DNA of 64,000 bases from Candidatus Poribacteria bacterium. Lineage in GTDB: Bacteria > Poribacteria > WGA-4E > PCPOR2b. This document shows positions 1 through 9,946 of this stretch, one piece after another. The position numbers and the translations under genes are program-made. The stretch spans positions 1,056,001 through 1,120,000 of the forward strand of contig OZ220744.1 in assembly GCA_965116925.1 (NCBI GenBank), read 5' to 3'. Under the pieces are notes generated by a model, which saw only the letters and a list, made by a program, of their open reading frames with translations, was not told the DNA's origin and ran no database searches. Each line of letters begins with the position of its first letter. Positions within the stretch are counted from its first letter, which is position 1.

Positions 1-41
1 GAGCCTTTTTTATTGATATAACTGGATATCGAGTCGATTTG

Positions 42-248
42 TCAACCCTCGAGTTTCACAACATTTTCTGCCTGATAATCTTTGGGGCTTTGTACAATCT
101 CAAACTCGACCTCTTCTCCCTCATCAAGGGATTTGAAGCCAATCCCTTCGATGGCTGAATAATGTATAAACACATCTTCCCCTGAATCGGTGGTGATGAC
201 CCCATCACCCTTTTGGTTGCTAAACCATATATAGCGTTGCTCAGTCCA
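42..248 (-). pseudogene. Cold-shock domain (CspA-like) reading frame without its own start codon; in frame with the upstream ORF across a TAG
   Basis: Manual translation WTEQRYIWFSNQKGDGVITTDSGEDVFIHYSAIEGIGFKSLDEGEEVEFEIVQSPKDYQAENVVKLEG* matches the CSD pattern (WF..KG.G.I, DVF.H.S.I, GFK.L.EG..VEF). No in-frame ATG/GTG/TTG precedes the domain. Not in the ORF track. Confidence 0.8.
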
Positions 249-476
249 CTATTTTAATTTTTCATCGTGCTGTTGAATGTAAAGATCTGTGAGATATTCC
301 TTCATTTCATCAACACTTTTTTGGAGTGCGTTAAGGTCTGCTTGGATTTGTGTGAGCACCTCCTGGCTACCCTCATTTCTGTTTTCAAATTGATATTTCT
401 TTTTTACTATGTCACCGATAGTTTGAATAGCTACAATTACAACAATAAATAAGCCTACAAAGAAAAATACTTCCAT
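249..476 (-). CDS. Small single-TM/coiled-coil protein (PspB-like architecture), paralog 3
   Basis: MEVFFFVGLFIVVIVAIQ TM segment, KKK, then heptad ending EMKEYLTDLYI; GGAGG RBS upstream of ATG 476. Confidence 0.75.
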   Translation of the reverse strand: MEVFFFVGLFIVVIVAIQTIGDIVKKKYQFENRNEGSQEVLTQIQADLNALQKSVDEMKEYLTDLYIQQHDEKLK

Positions 477-566
477 TATGTTCAAGCCTCCATTTACGGT
501 GTTAGAGGTTAGAATGGTCTGGTCCAATAATTAAAATTACTCAATCATAGCCTATTGTTGACCAAT

Positions 567-836
567 TCATTGGTTCCTCTCATATTGACTACATGGTGTT
601 TTGGTACTTCGATTGTGATGAATAATGATCAGGTCCGCGATATGCTCGCGAATCTCCTCTAAATCTGCAGAAAGGCTTCGCAGATCCAATTGTAACTGAT
701 TGTACGTCTCCTTTGCTTGGTTGGGATGGTATCCGCGCTTCTTCAAAGCATAGGACGTTCCTAACCAGACGGAGATTAGGGTAACAACCGTGATCGTCCC
801 CATCACAATTGCGACAATCCACACAGCAAGGGCCAT
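567..836 (-). CDS. Small single-TM/coiled-coil protein, paralog 2
   Basis: TM, then SVWLGTSYALKKRG, then heptad ending EIREHIADLIII; GGAGG RBS supports ATG 836. Confidence 0.8.
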   Translation of the reverse strand: MALAVWIVAIVMGTITVVTLISVWLGTSYALKKRGYHPNQAKETYNQLQLDLRSLSADLEEIREHIADLIIIHHNRSTKTPCSQYERNQ

Positions 837-850
837 CGAATGTTCCTCCA

Positions 851-1084
851 TTATGCGGCATCTTTTGTGACGATGACCAGTTCAGCAATTTGCTCTTTGA
901 GCTCAGCAATATCTTGCTGAATCTGCGCGATATCATGCTGTACCTGCTCAAGTTCGCGGTTCGTTACACCTCTCGTCAACCCGCGTTTTTTAGCAGCGTA
1001 AGAGGTTCCCATCCATACCGATCCGAGCACAATCACCGCGATACTGACAAATACAATTGTAATAATCGCAATCATGCCACTCAT
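851..1084 (-). CDS. Small single-TM/coiled-coil protein, paralog 1
   Basis: TM, then SVWMGTSYAAKKRG, then heptad ending ELKEQIAELVIV; AAGGAG RBS. Confidence 0.8.
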   Translation of the reverse strand: MSGMIAIITIVFVSIAVIVLGSVWMGTSYAAKKRGLTRGVTNRELEQVQHDIAQIQQDIAELKEQIAELVIVTKDAA

Positions 1085-1295
1085 GCAATTCTCCTTTGGC
1101 TTTTGGAGTTATAAATACCATTAAGATGAGGTATAAGATTTTTGCCACTCTTGAATGAATGATTCGCACCAGCTTAGTGCATATCGGCAGGAATATGTGA
1201 ACGGTTTGAGCAGAGCCCTGATTGTACTTGGTAGTATCGCCCTACGCGGAAACACCCACTTGCTATGTACTAAGGATATATCAAACCTACCCATC

Positions 1296-2720
1296 TCATA
1301 TTCTGTTTCTTGCGAGTCGCCTAGTGTCTGGCTTTCTACAAAGTTCATAGACTAGCTGTTCTAAGATGCACTCCGGATCTAATTGACTGCTCTTGAGTTG
1401 GACATCCGCTTCTAATGTTTGTTCTAATCCGTGGACTAGCTCCTCCGTGCTGAAAAAAGGAATTGCTTGGATAATTTTATAAGCAGCGTAAGGATTCTGC
1501 TTGAGAAGATTGACCTGCGCTGCGGTGGGAAGGGAACTCGACATCTTTGTGGCAAGTGGTTTGAAGACATTATCTGCGAAACTTTGGTAATTCATTCGAT
1601 CCACTGTCGGTTTTAGCTCACCTTGTTCAGTAAGCAGTTTTGCTTGGAGCGTGAGCCTGATTTGTCGAGCGATAAGTGCGTTGACTTTGATTGGTGGTTC
1701 GCCGCTTTCTAGAACGCTGTGGAGACTGGACAGTGCTTGCGAAACGGATCTTTTCCCAAGGGCGTCGGTAAGCGCGAAGATGTTCTCAAAACTACTCTGG
1801 GCTATAACGGTTTCGATATCTCGTTCGTCAATTCTTGTCTTATCTCCAACAAAAGCGATTATCTTTTCGATTGCTTCTGCAATCAGGTGCATATCGTTTC
1901 CTGTTCGTCTCTGAAGAAGATTAAAAGAACTAGGCGAAATCTTCTTTCCGAATGTTGCGAGCTTCCTGGAAACACCTTGGTAGACCCGATCTTGCTGGCT
2001 TGATCTCCCGGGCTCTAGCGAGGCAAACGAGGCATACCTGCCTACACGACCAATCAATTTGACAAGCCGACTGCGGCCATCAACGTTTCCTTTGACAGTA
2101 AAGATTAGAACACTCGTTTTGGGCAGTGCCCCGTCTAACCACTCGGTTAGGATTTCAGTATCATCAGCTGCGCCTGATATGTGTTGGAAATCATCAATTT
2201 GGGCGGTAAGTTGCGGCAGGTTGCGGAGAAATTCGAGGTCTTCAGGACTCAAGCCTGCTTCGTTTTCCTCGATGAGATCGCCGATGATCTCTCTGAAATC
2301 GCTATTCTCATCAGCGATATCCTGCGCTGAAACGCCCAAAACCTTGACCATCAGTGCGATTGCCTTTCGTGGATTGCCTTCTTCGGCGGCTTCAGCGGCA
2401 CTTTGTATTATCTCCGGCGATGATGGGCCCTGCTGCCTTTTGAACACCGTGGCTTCGCTCACAACAACAACGCGCCAATCTGCCATCACTGGATAAAGCT
2501 CTACTGCGCTAAGAATTTCACGAACAGAGACTTCTGCGCCATCAAGATGAGTCAAATTAAAATCACGGGTCTCAGGTGACAGAAGATTTTCAAGCATCTG
2601 CTTGAGGGTGCTTTCTACCAGATACTGTTCTTCGCCGCACAGCAGGTAAACAGGACGAACCTTGCCGGCTTGCATTTCCTTAATAATATTCGGTGTTGTG
2701 GCTTGCGCTGGTTGTCTCAT
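1296..2720 (-). CDS. holA: DNA polymerase III subunit delta
   Basis: PVYLLCGEEQYL, DFNL..LDG, P..ADWRVVVV, NIFALTDAL and EADVQLKS motifs; long internal insertion. Confidence 0.9.
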   Translation of the reverse strand: MRQPAQATTPNIIKEMQAGKVRPVYLLCGEEQYLVESTLKQMLENLLSPETRDFNLTHLDGAEVSVREILSAVELYPVMADWRVVVVSEATVFKRQQGPSSPEIIQSAAEAAEEGNPRKAIALMVKVLGVSAQDIADENSDFREIIGDLIEENEAGLSPEDLEFLRNLPQLTAQIDDFQHISGAADDTEILTEWLDGALPKTSVLIFTVKGNVDGRSRLVKLIGRVGRYASFASLEPGRSSQQDRVYQGVSRKLATFGKKISPSSFNLLQRRTGNDMHLIAEAIEKIIAFVGDKTRIDERDIETVIAQSSFENIFALTDALGKRSVSQALSSLHSVLESGEPPIKVNALIARQIRLTLQAKLLTEQGELKPTVDRMNYQSFADNVFKPLATKMSSSLPTAAQVNLLKQNPYAAYKIIQAIPFFSTEELVHGLEQTLEADVQLKSSQLDPECILEQLVYELCRKPDTRRLARNRI

Positions 2721-2856
2721 AGATACATGACCTAATACTTTGTAGAAAAAACGATGAGGGAGTTATCTTGCTTTATCAAGAGGCATGATTCGGTAGTTGG
2801 CTTGAATCTCAACCACATCGGAGAGAGTCGGAAGGCTTCACAACCCAATGGGCACA

Positions 2857-3759
2857 CTATCCTGCACGGTCGGGAAATCTTAGAAACCGTTTCGCATTCT
2901 CACCCATAATGTCATCGTATTCGTCGTCGCGTAGATCCGGTAACAGTTCTTTGAGGATGCCAGTGAGTTGACCGTAGCCGGGGTCTTCTAAGATCCACGG
3001 AAAATCGGTTGCCCACATCAGACGTTTTGCACCAAAAAGATCGAGGATTCGCTGGTGCCATCGGGCAAGATCCCGATAGGGATATGCTTCATTGCTAAAG
3101 GCGTATTGACCTGATATATGCATCATTACATTTTCAAAGCAGGCGAGCCGGTGGGTCGTGTGGAAAGCAGGATTATACTCGACTGTTTCAATTCGTGGAC
3201 GTCCCTTCGCGTCCCAAGAGAATTTCCCTTTGCCAGGGCAGATGCCAAGGTGGTTCAATACGACCCGAACTTGGGGAAAGGCGTCAATCAGATGCTGGAG
3301 CAGATGTGCATCAATCGCGCGCGGATAGAGCCAAAGCACATAATCTTTCTCTGCAGCATGTTTCCAGATAGGGTAGGTCTTGATTTCCTTGATGTTGATC
3401 CGAGCAAAGGGATCTCGCGGACCTCCAATCGAAGACAGCCGAAAGCCGATAATCCCGGTGCCATCTGTCAGTCTGTCCATGTGATCTTCCGGCTCGGTGA
3501 GATCTGGCGGGACTAATCCAATGCCGAGGAAGCGATCGGGATACGCTTTCAAACAGTGTAGCAGATAGGCATGGTGCTTGATTTCAGTGCCGCCAGTTTG
3601 CACGAGCATTGCTTGGTCAATGCCGTTTGCTTCCATTTCGCTGAGTAGTTTTTCGGCAGTTTCTTCTCGATCCGGCGGACAGACTGGGGTCGGTTCTCTC
3701 GGAAATTCAGGGGAAACCTTAGCGAAAACGTGGAGATGGGAATCTATTCGCGTCATCAT
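2857..3759 (-). CDS. Amidohydrolase_2 family protein
   Basis: IDSHLH, VVLNHLG, RLMWATDFPW. Confidence 0.85.
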   Translation of the reverse strand: MMTRIDSHLHVFAKVSPEFPREPTPVCPPDREETAEKLLSEMEANGIDQAMLVQTGGTEIKHHAYLLHCLKAYPDRFLGIGLVPPDLTEPEDHMDRLTDGTGIIGFRLSSIGGPRDPFARINIKEIKTYPIWKHAAEKDYVLWLYPRAIDAHLLQHLIDAFPQVRVVLNHLGICPGKGKFSWDAKGRPRIETVEYNPAFHTTHRLACFENVMMHISGQYAFSNEAYPYRDLARWHQRILDLFGAKRLMWATDFPWILEDPGYGQLTGILKELLPDLRDDEYDDIMGENAKRFLRFPDRAG

Positions 3760-4472
3760 TCCTCCAAACCGAAAAGTTTGCGCCGTTCCGGTGTCGTACA
3801 GAGATGAGCAATGGAGGTAAACCGTTTGGAATCTACACGGTCCGGCGTCCGTTTTTCGTAAATGAGGATGAGTGATTTTCGTGGGGTATCTGTGTGGTTA
3901 TCCATGGCAGTATGCCAGCCGTACGAGTTGAACATAATCGCAGTGCCTGCTTTTCCCGAAAACCGCTTATGACCGGGCATTGCTTCTAGCCGTTGTGCTT
4001 TGGAGTAAGGGCCCGCATCGGGTTTGTGGCTTCCCGGCACAAACGCAAATTCACCAGATTCAGGTTCGACATCGTTCACGTAAACTTGGACTTTAATGTG
4101 CAGCGGGTTGCTCTGTGGCACATCGGGATGCCAACCAGTATAACAGACAGGTCCGGGTGGAACAGTGCGGACCTGTGGTCCCAACAGAATCAAATCGTCG
4201 TCCGTAAATGCCATCAAACTGCCATAATAGCTAGGATGATCAATCATGTCTACAAAAATGTCATCTTTTACGAAGGGATCGGGGATGTCATAAAACGACG
4301 CGGCCGCTTCACCCGCCTCTATGCGGTCTAACCATGCGGGTTTGCACTCTTCTGCCCAATAATCAAAGGCGTTTTGGAGTCGCTTCAACTCATCACCCTG
4401 GATCGCATCTTCAAAGACAAGGTAACCTTTTTCTTCCCATTGTGTTGTTTGGATTTCGGTGGGTCTAATCAT
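3756..4472 (-). CDS. Phytanoyl-CoA dioxygenase (PhyH) family protein
   Basis: EKGYLV, WHPD, VPGSHK, distal WH, R. Confidence 0.85.
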   Translation of the reverse strand: MIRPTEIQTTQWEEKGYLVFEDAIQGDELKRLQNAFDYWAEECKPAWLDRIEAGEAAASFYDIPDPFVKDDIFVDMIDHPSYYGSLMAFTDDDLILLGPQVRTVPPGPVCYTGWHPDVPQSNPLHIKVQVYVNDVEPESGEFAFVPGSHKPDAGPYSKAQRLEAMPGHKRFSGKAGTAIMFNSYGWHTAMDNHTDTPRKSLILIYEKRTPDRVDSKRFTSIAHLCTTPERRKLFGLEE

Positions 4473-4534
4473 AGAGTTCCTCCTACTCTTGAATCAATAT
4501 CACGGTGGCGAGAAGTCCTTATGTTTCCGCCGTC

Positions 4535-5308
4535 TCACAGGTTGTTGATCTTTTCCATTTCTTCAGGTGTTAGTTCCCAATCAAACAGGTCAAGATTTTC
4601 TCTTAGATGGGGGTCAGAACTCGATTTGGGAATCACGATTAAACCCTTCTGAAGCAGCCATCGCAAGGCGATCTGTGCCGCTGTTTTTCCGTGGTTGTCA
4701 CCAATGCCTCCCAAAACCGGATCGTCAACGATTTTTCCAACTGCTAGTGGACGATGGGCGGTCAGGGGAATCTGGAGTGCATGACAGTGCTGCAAAAGAG
4801 CCTCGTGTTGGCTATGGGCGTGATATTCCACCTGATTGGTCGTGATGGGTGCCTGAGAAATTGCTCTTGCCTGATCCACCTGTTCGATACTAAAGTTGCT
4901 GATGCCGATACTTTTTGCCTTACCTGCATCATGTATCTCGTTGAATGCGGACAAGGTTTCCTCCATCGGCACAGTGCCATCGCCGGGGTGATGAACTAGT
5001 AACAAATCTACATAATCAGTTTGTAGATCCGCTAGGCATTCATCAAATTGGGAGTGTACTTGGTCATATTTTAAGTGCGTGTGCCAAATCTTAGAGGTAA
5101 TATAAAGATCCTCCCTAACCGCACCGATTTCCCGCAGCGCATCTCCAATTTCCTTCTGGTTAGCGTACATCCAAGCGGTGTCGATGTGGTTGTAACCGAG
5201 TTCAAGTGCTATCTTGACAACGGTTTTGCACTGTTCGTCCCGCAAGTTCCAAGTCCCAAGTCCCAAAACAGGGATGTCATGTCCCGATATAAGTTGGATT
5301 GTCTCCAT
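4535..5308 (-). CDS. Aldo/keto reductase (2,5-DKG reductase-like)
   Basis: LGLGTW, HIDTAWMY, ITSKIW, IGISNF, NQVEYH, IPKSS. Confidence 0.92.
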   Translation of the reverse strand: METIQLISGHDIPVLGLGTWNLRDEQCKTVVKIALELGYNHIDTAWMYANQKEIGDALREIGAVREDLYITSKIWHTHLKYDQVHSQFDECLADLQTDYVDLLLVHHPGDGTVPMEETLSAFNEIHDAGKAKSIGISNFSIEQVDQARAISQAPITTNQVEYHAHSQHEALLQHCHALQIPLTAHRPLAVGKIVDDPVLGGIGDNHGKTAAQIALRWLLQKGLIVIPKSSSDPHLRENLDLFDWELTPEEMEKINNL

Positions 5309-5343
5309 CTAATCTACCTCGCAGTGTTGGGATTATCTCTACC

Positions 5344-5371
5344 GTAGGGAACGCAGATCTGCGTTCCCTAC
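5344..5371. repeat. GTAG-type REP-like perfect 28-bp palindrome, copy 1
   Basis: GTAGGGAACGCAGATCTGCGTTCCCTAC is self-complementary; recurs at 45941 and 58505. Confidence 0.9.
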
Positions 5372-5406
5372 ATCACGGTTAACGGTATCCTTTTTTATTT
5401 CTCCTC

Positions 5407-6972
5407 TTAGTGCCGAAAATGCCGGACGCCGGTAAAAACCATCGCCATACCGTACCGATCTGCTGTCTCAATCACAGGTGGATCGCCTACCGAGCCACCG
5501 GGCTGAATGATTGCCTGTACACCCGCTTCACCAGCGATTTCAACGCCATCCGGAAATGGAAAGTAGGCATCAGAAGCAAGGACGGATGCTTTCGCCCGGT
5601 CACCTGCTTTGCGCGCCGCGATGATGCACGAATCAACGCGGCTCATCTGCCCAGCACCAATTCCGACTGTCTTTGAATCTTGAGCGAGCAACACGCAGTT
5701 CGATTTGACATGTTTACATGCCTTCCACGCAAACAGCAGTGATTCAATCTCCGCGTCCGTCGGTTGACGCTTTGTGACAACCTTCAGGTCATCGGGCGTA
5801 ATTTCATGGAGGTCTCGGTCTTGGACAAGAACCCCACCGATAACGTTCCTGATCTGTTTAACTGAGGCATCCTGCTGAAGTTTACCTGTTTCGAGAATCG
5901 GTCGACGCTTCACGCGGGAGAGCGCGCGCAATGCTTTCGAGGTGTAACTCGGAGCGATAACGGCATCGATTTTGATTCCTGCGCTTGCTGCCTCACGGAT
6001 AGTGTTCGCTACTTTCAAGGAGACTTTTTGGTTCAAACCGATGACGGAGCCAAAAGCGGAGGTACGATCACAATCGAGGGCATCGTTAAACGCCTCCTCC
6101 AAACTGCCAGCCGTGGCTAATCCACACGGATTGTTATGCTTGATAATTACGCAGGCTGGCTCGGAGAAGTCCTTGACGATTTCAATAGCCGCCTCCAGAT
6201 CAAGGAGGTTATTGAACGAGAGCGGTTGACCACTCAGTTGATTCGCCCACGCCGCACACGGTTCTGGCGAAGCGTGGGTACGATAGAACGCCGCGCGCTG
6301 ATGGGGATTCTCACCATACCGGAGACTTTGAGCACTCTCATATCGGAGGTCGAGCAGGTCTGGAAAGTCCGTATCGGGGGCATCCAGATCGGCGAGATAG
6401 CGTGAAATCGCTGCGTCGTAATGGGCGGTATGTGCAAACGCGGCTTTAGCCAACTGGAAGCGGGTTTCCTCCGAAAGGCAACCATCGTTTGTATCAAGTT
6501 CTGCGATAACGTCGGGATACTGTTGTGGGTCAGTGAGGATAGCCACATCGGGATAGTTTTTGGCAGCTGCCCGAATCATTGACGGGCCACCGATGTCGAT
6601 GTTTTCAATGGCTTCGGCGAGTTTGACCCCTTCCTTGGCAATGGTTGCCTCAAATGGATAAAGATTGGAAACAACGAGATCAATGAAGTCGATTCCTTGG
6701 TTCGATGCCTGAGCCACATGGTCGGGATTATCCCGCATTGCCAACAAGCCGCCGTGGATTTTGGGGTGAAGCGTTTTTACCCGCCCATTGAGCATTTCCG
6801 GGAAACCAGTGTAATCGGACACCTCGCGAATCTCAATCCCCGATTCGCGGAGTGTATTTGCGGTGCCGCCTGTGGAAAGAATTTCTACACCGTGTTGAAC
6901 AAGAGTTTTAGCAAGATTTATCAGACCAGTTTTATCGTACGTACTGATTAATGCGCGTTGTATCTTTTTCAT
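5407..6972 (-). CDS. purH: Bifunctional AICAR transformylase/IMP cyclohydrolase
   Basis: [46 protein letters not shown], terminal RHFRH. Confidence 0.98.
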   Translation of the reverse strand: MKKIQRALISTYDKTGLINLAKTLVQHGVEILSTGGTANTLRESGIEIREVSDYTGFPEMLNGRVKTLHPKIHGGLLAMRDNPDHVAQASNQGIDFIDLVVSNLYPFEATIAKEGVKLAEAIENIDIGGPSMIRAAAKNYPDVAILTDPQQYPDVIAELDTNDGCLSEETRFQLAKAAFAHTAHYDAAISRYLADLDAPDTDFPDLLDLRYESAQSLRYGENPHQRAAFYRTHASPEPCAAWANQLSGQPLSFNNLLDLEAAIEIVKDFSEPACVIIKHNNPCGLATAGSLEEAFNDALDCDRTSAFGSVIGLNQKVSLKVANTIREAASAGIKIDAVIAPSYTSKALRALSRVKRRPILETGKLQQDASVKQIRNVIGGVLVQDRDLHEITPDDLKVVTKRQPTDAEIESLLFAWKACKHVKSNCVLLAQDSKTVGIGAGQMSRVDSCIIAARKAGDRAKASVLASDAYFPFPDGVEIAGEAGVQAIIQPGGSVGDPPVIETADRYGMAMVFTGVRHFRH

Positions 6973-6985
6973 GCCTCCCTCCTTT

Positions 6986-8263
6986 CTATGCTACGTACCT
7001 CGGATGTCCAAAGCCGTCATTAGCGACGTGGCTACGTGCAGGAATTTCTGACTGATCTGGAATAATCAAATCTATCGCTGACGTGTTTTCGATGATCGTG
7101 CCATCGCCTACCGAGACGTTTTTTCCCAGACGAATCACGCCTGGCTTCATGGCTTCGCTCCGGATGGTTCCGATAACCACTGAAGAACCGATATGGCAAC
7201 CTGTGCCGATTTCAACGAAACCGTAGATCTCTGTATTTGTGCCGACAGTGGAGTGATTTCCGACTCGTACTGGACCCAGCAAGCTTGCGTCTGTACCAAT
7301 CTGCACGAAGTCCCCAAGAATTGGATGACGTTGCTTGACCCTTACGCTCAAACCACCAAGCGTACACGGATAGATGACGCACCCGGAACCGATAACTCCG
7401 GTTTGTCCGGTCGTAAAGCCTCGGTGGGGATGCTCCAAGAAATTGGCATCACCAATCTGTGTTTCCGGGTGGAGATCTGCTTGGTAGTACCTGCCTCCAA
7501 GCTCAGAAATTGCGCGAGGCAAAAGCGGTACAGGACTTCGGTAGAGATTGGGGTTATCCTCAACGGGACCGGATCGGGTTAAGAGATAGCCAACATCGTG
7601 ATAAAAAAGCACCCGCCAACCGGGATATGTGCTGACAACTAACTGCAGCTGATAATCAAAAGCGAATCCCAAATTGAGGGAGTCTAGGACGCTGCGATAG
7701 GGGTGAAATTCCCGTTTTAGGATCGCTTCCTCTACCTTGTCCCTAATGTCCAATTCGATAAGTTTTTCACGGGAAACCCCGCTGTGGAGCAGGTAAGCAT
7801 CCCACACCGCCGGATCCCTTAGAGCAGCAAAACGATTCCATAGAGCACGTTGTTTAAGTCGAGGCAGCTCCCAGAGCAGCGCAAACGTGGTGTCTAACGC
7901 GCGGCTTTCCCATTCACTTTCGTCGGTTACTGCCAAGAAGGATTGGGCAATCATCGCGTAAAGTTGGTCTGCGACCTCTTCAATCGCTTCCGATAGCTCG
8001 TCTTTACTATTTTCTGGACGTGGGGCATTGTGGGAACCGGGGGCCACGCATTCTAAGAGATTACCGAGCACCGTTTCGAGAATATCCCGATTGACAAATC
8101 CCCGTCCAGAGCGAAGGGAGAGGACATCTCGACTTTCACTGTTAATGCGCAAAACCTTAAGTTCATTTGCGGAATAGATCGGACGAATCGCCTCCAATAC
8201 CTGCTTCAGCAGGGGACGCTTCCGGCTTTCATAGGTTGAATCAAAGAGTGTCGTTTCGAGCAT
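6986..8263 (-). CDS. Serine O-acetyltransferase-like left-handed beta-helix protein with long unknown N-terminus
   Basis: C-terminal half DLHPETQIG, TLGG, QRHPILGD.V.IG resembles CysE, with extra hexapeptide repeats. Confidence 0.65.
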   Translation of the reverse strand: MLETTLFDSTYESRKRPLLKQVLEAIRPIYSANELKVLRINSESRDVLSLRSGRGFVNRDILETVLGNLLECVAPGSHNAPRPENSKDELSEAIEEVADQLYAMIAQSFLAVTDESEWESRALDTTFALLWELPRLKQRALWNRFAALRDPAVWDAYLLHSGVSREKLIELDIRDKVEEAILKREFHPYRSVLDSLNLGFAFDYQLQLVVSTYPGWRVLFYHDVGYLLTRSGPVEDNPNLYRSPVPLLPRAISELGGRYYQADLHPETQIGDANFLEHPHRGFTTGQTGVIGSGCVIYPCTLGGLSVRVKQRHPILGDFVQIGTDASLLGPVRVGNHSTVGTNTEIYGFVEIGTGCHIGSSVVIGTIRSEAMKPGVIRLGKNVSVGDGTIIENTSAIDLIIPDQSEIPARSHVANDGFGHPRYVA

Positions 8264-8312
8264 GTTGTTTATACTTTCGATTTGCGTACTGTTTTCTCAC
8301 TCACGATACTGT

Positions 8313-9110
8313 TCACAACCCCAATTCTTTCAGCAGCTGAATCTTCTTCATTCGATTCGGACCCGCTGTTTCAAAAAACTGGTCGGAGACCAGCCGTCCA
8401 GTCTCAGGGGCCCACATCTTCGCATAGCTCTTATTGAATGTAACAATGCGTTCAATCTCCCATGCCATCCGTGGTTGTGTTCTCATCATCCACGCCATCT
8501 GTCGCCGGTTAGCACCGCCGCCCCAAGATGAATGCCAAATCCGTGTGTTAAAAGCGATAACATCTCCCTTTTCCATTGGCAGCTCATAGCGTCCGGGAAA
8601 TTCTTGCATAGGATAGCCAAGTGCACACTCGTCTATCCCCTTTTCAAGTTCGGTATAATGGAGCGGCCACAGGTGGCTGCCGGGGATGAAACTCAAGCAC
8701 CCTTTACCCGGTGCAACATCATCCAGATAAAATGTCAGTTTGGCTTCAATTCCGGGTTCGGGTAAACTCCCATCGCGATGCCAGTTTGTGTTCCCATTGT
8801 GAATCTGTCCATCGGAACTGCCGAAAAAGATGCAGTCTGCTCCAAGCAAATCTTCGGCGATGCTAGCCAGTTTGGGATGATCTAGCAGGTTGTAGAAATA
8901 CGGATCTGCCTCAATCAACGGAACGATGACGCGGTGCCCGTCTGGAAATATCCGTGCTCCGGGGACTGACGTATCCCCTTGATCTTTACCGTTAGCGATA
9001 ATTGCGTCAAATCTCCAAGAAAACTCGGCGACCTCTTCAGGTGTTAGAACAGCAGGGACTTTAACGAAACCCAACAGGTAAAAGTGTGTTTTCTGATCAT
9101 CCGTCAACAT
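8313..9110 (-). CDS. PhyH family dioxygenase
   Basis: WHRD, IPGSH, GDVIAF..RIWH, RR. Confidence 0.85.
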   Translation of the reverse strand: MLTDDQKTHFYLLGFVKVPAVLTPEEVAEFSWRFDAIIANGKDQGDTSVPGARIFPDGHRVIVPLIEADPYFYNLLDHPKLASIAEDLLGADCIFFGSSDGQIHNGNTNWHRDGSLPEPGIEAKLTFYLDDVAPGKGCLSFIPGSHLWPLHYTELEKGIDECALGYPMQEFPGRYELPMEKGDVIAFNTRIWHSSWGGGANRRQMAWMMRTQPRMAWEIERIVTFNKSYAKMWAPETGRLVSDQFFETAGPNRMKKIQLLKELGL

Positions 9111-9133
9111 GATATTTCCTCAAAATCGGAAAT

Positions 9134-9946
9134 TCATACAAACCTCAGTTTCACATCTGGTTGGGCAAGGTCGTACTTCACAGCGAGTTCATAAAACCTC
9201 TTCAACCCGGCAATTTCAGAATCACCGAGCTCATAGCAGATATGCTTGGTAAGATAATCACGACAGAGACTTTCTGGGAAACCGAGTCTTTGGGATTCAG
9301 TTCGGACAATCTCAGGAATGTTTTTAATGCCGTCTTCCTTTGCGTTCAAAAGGATTTGAGGAACTTGTCCCAGTTCAACCTCTCCCCGTGCCACCCAGCA
9401 GGCATAGACAAACGGTAACCCTGTCAACGTTGTCCATTCCGCACCGAGATCTAAAGTATAATCCGTTGCATCAAGTCGCCTCAACGCCGCATCCCCAATC
9501 AGCAGCACTGCGTCCGTATCAGCCTCTTGCGGGCCGATAGTAGGCGGACAGGAATGCAATTCGGGATGTAAGTTATATTTCTCGGCGAGCACGATCTGTA
9601 CAAGCGCACGGGATGAGCGGGAACTAGTGTCAAGTGCGACGCTGCGGATGGCGGAAATCGGCACACGACTGAGCAGTTGAATGCTCAATACCGGTCCTCG
9701 CGAGCAGATTGAAATGTCCTGTATGATTCTATACTCGCTATTTGTTCGGAAATATTCAATGATCGGAATCAAACCAACATCAATGGCTCCGTCCTTTAGT
9801 TCTGCCGCTAAACAGCTCGGCACTGCCAAGCTAAGTTCGATTGTTTCACTACCGGGGAATTGAGGATCCTCCAAAAGGGGGTAAATCAATGGCTTCGTGT
9901 TGAGAAACGAAACCGCCCCAACTTTTACGCGGCTTTCCTGTGCCAT
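9134..9946 (-). CDS. mqnA: Chorismate dehydratase (futalosine pathway)
   Basis: VSFLNTKPL, SSRSS, LLIGDAAL, DLGAEW...TGLPFVYACW; adjacent to mqnE. Confidence 0.92.
   Translation of the reverse strand: MAQESRVKVGAVSFLNTKPLIYPLLEDPQFPGSETIELSLAVPSCLAAELKDGAIDVGLIPIIEYFRTNSEYRIIQDISICSRGPVLSIQLLSRVPISAIRSVALDTSSRSSRALVQIVLAEKYNLHPELHSCPPTIGPQEADTDAVLLIGDAALRRLDATDYTLDLGAEWTTLTGLPFVYACWVARGEVELGQVPQILLNAKEDGIKNIPEIVRTESQRLGFPESLCRDYLTKHICYELGDSEIAGLKRFYELAVKYDLAQPDVKLRFV

Noticed and set aside
249..251. Pyrrolysine or genome-wide recoding of TAG
   Set aside because: TAG ends conserved genes normally here (purH, ftsZ) and no pyl genes are visible
1132..1147. Sigma54-like promoter (TGGCAAAAATCTTAT, minus strand) upstream of the small TM genes
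   Set aside because: The -24 TGGCA and the TT are present, but the essential -12 GC is AT
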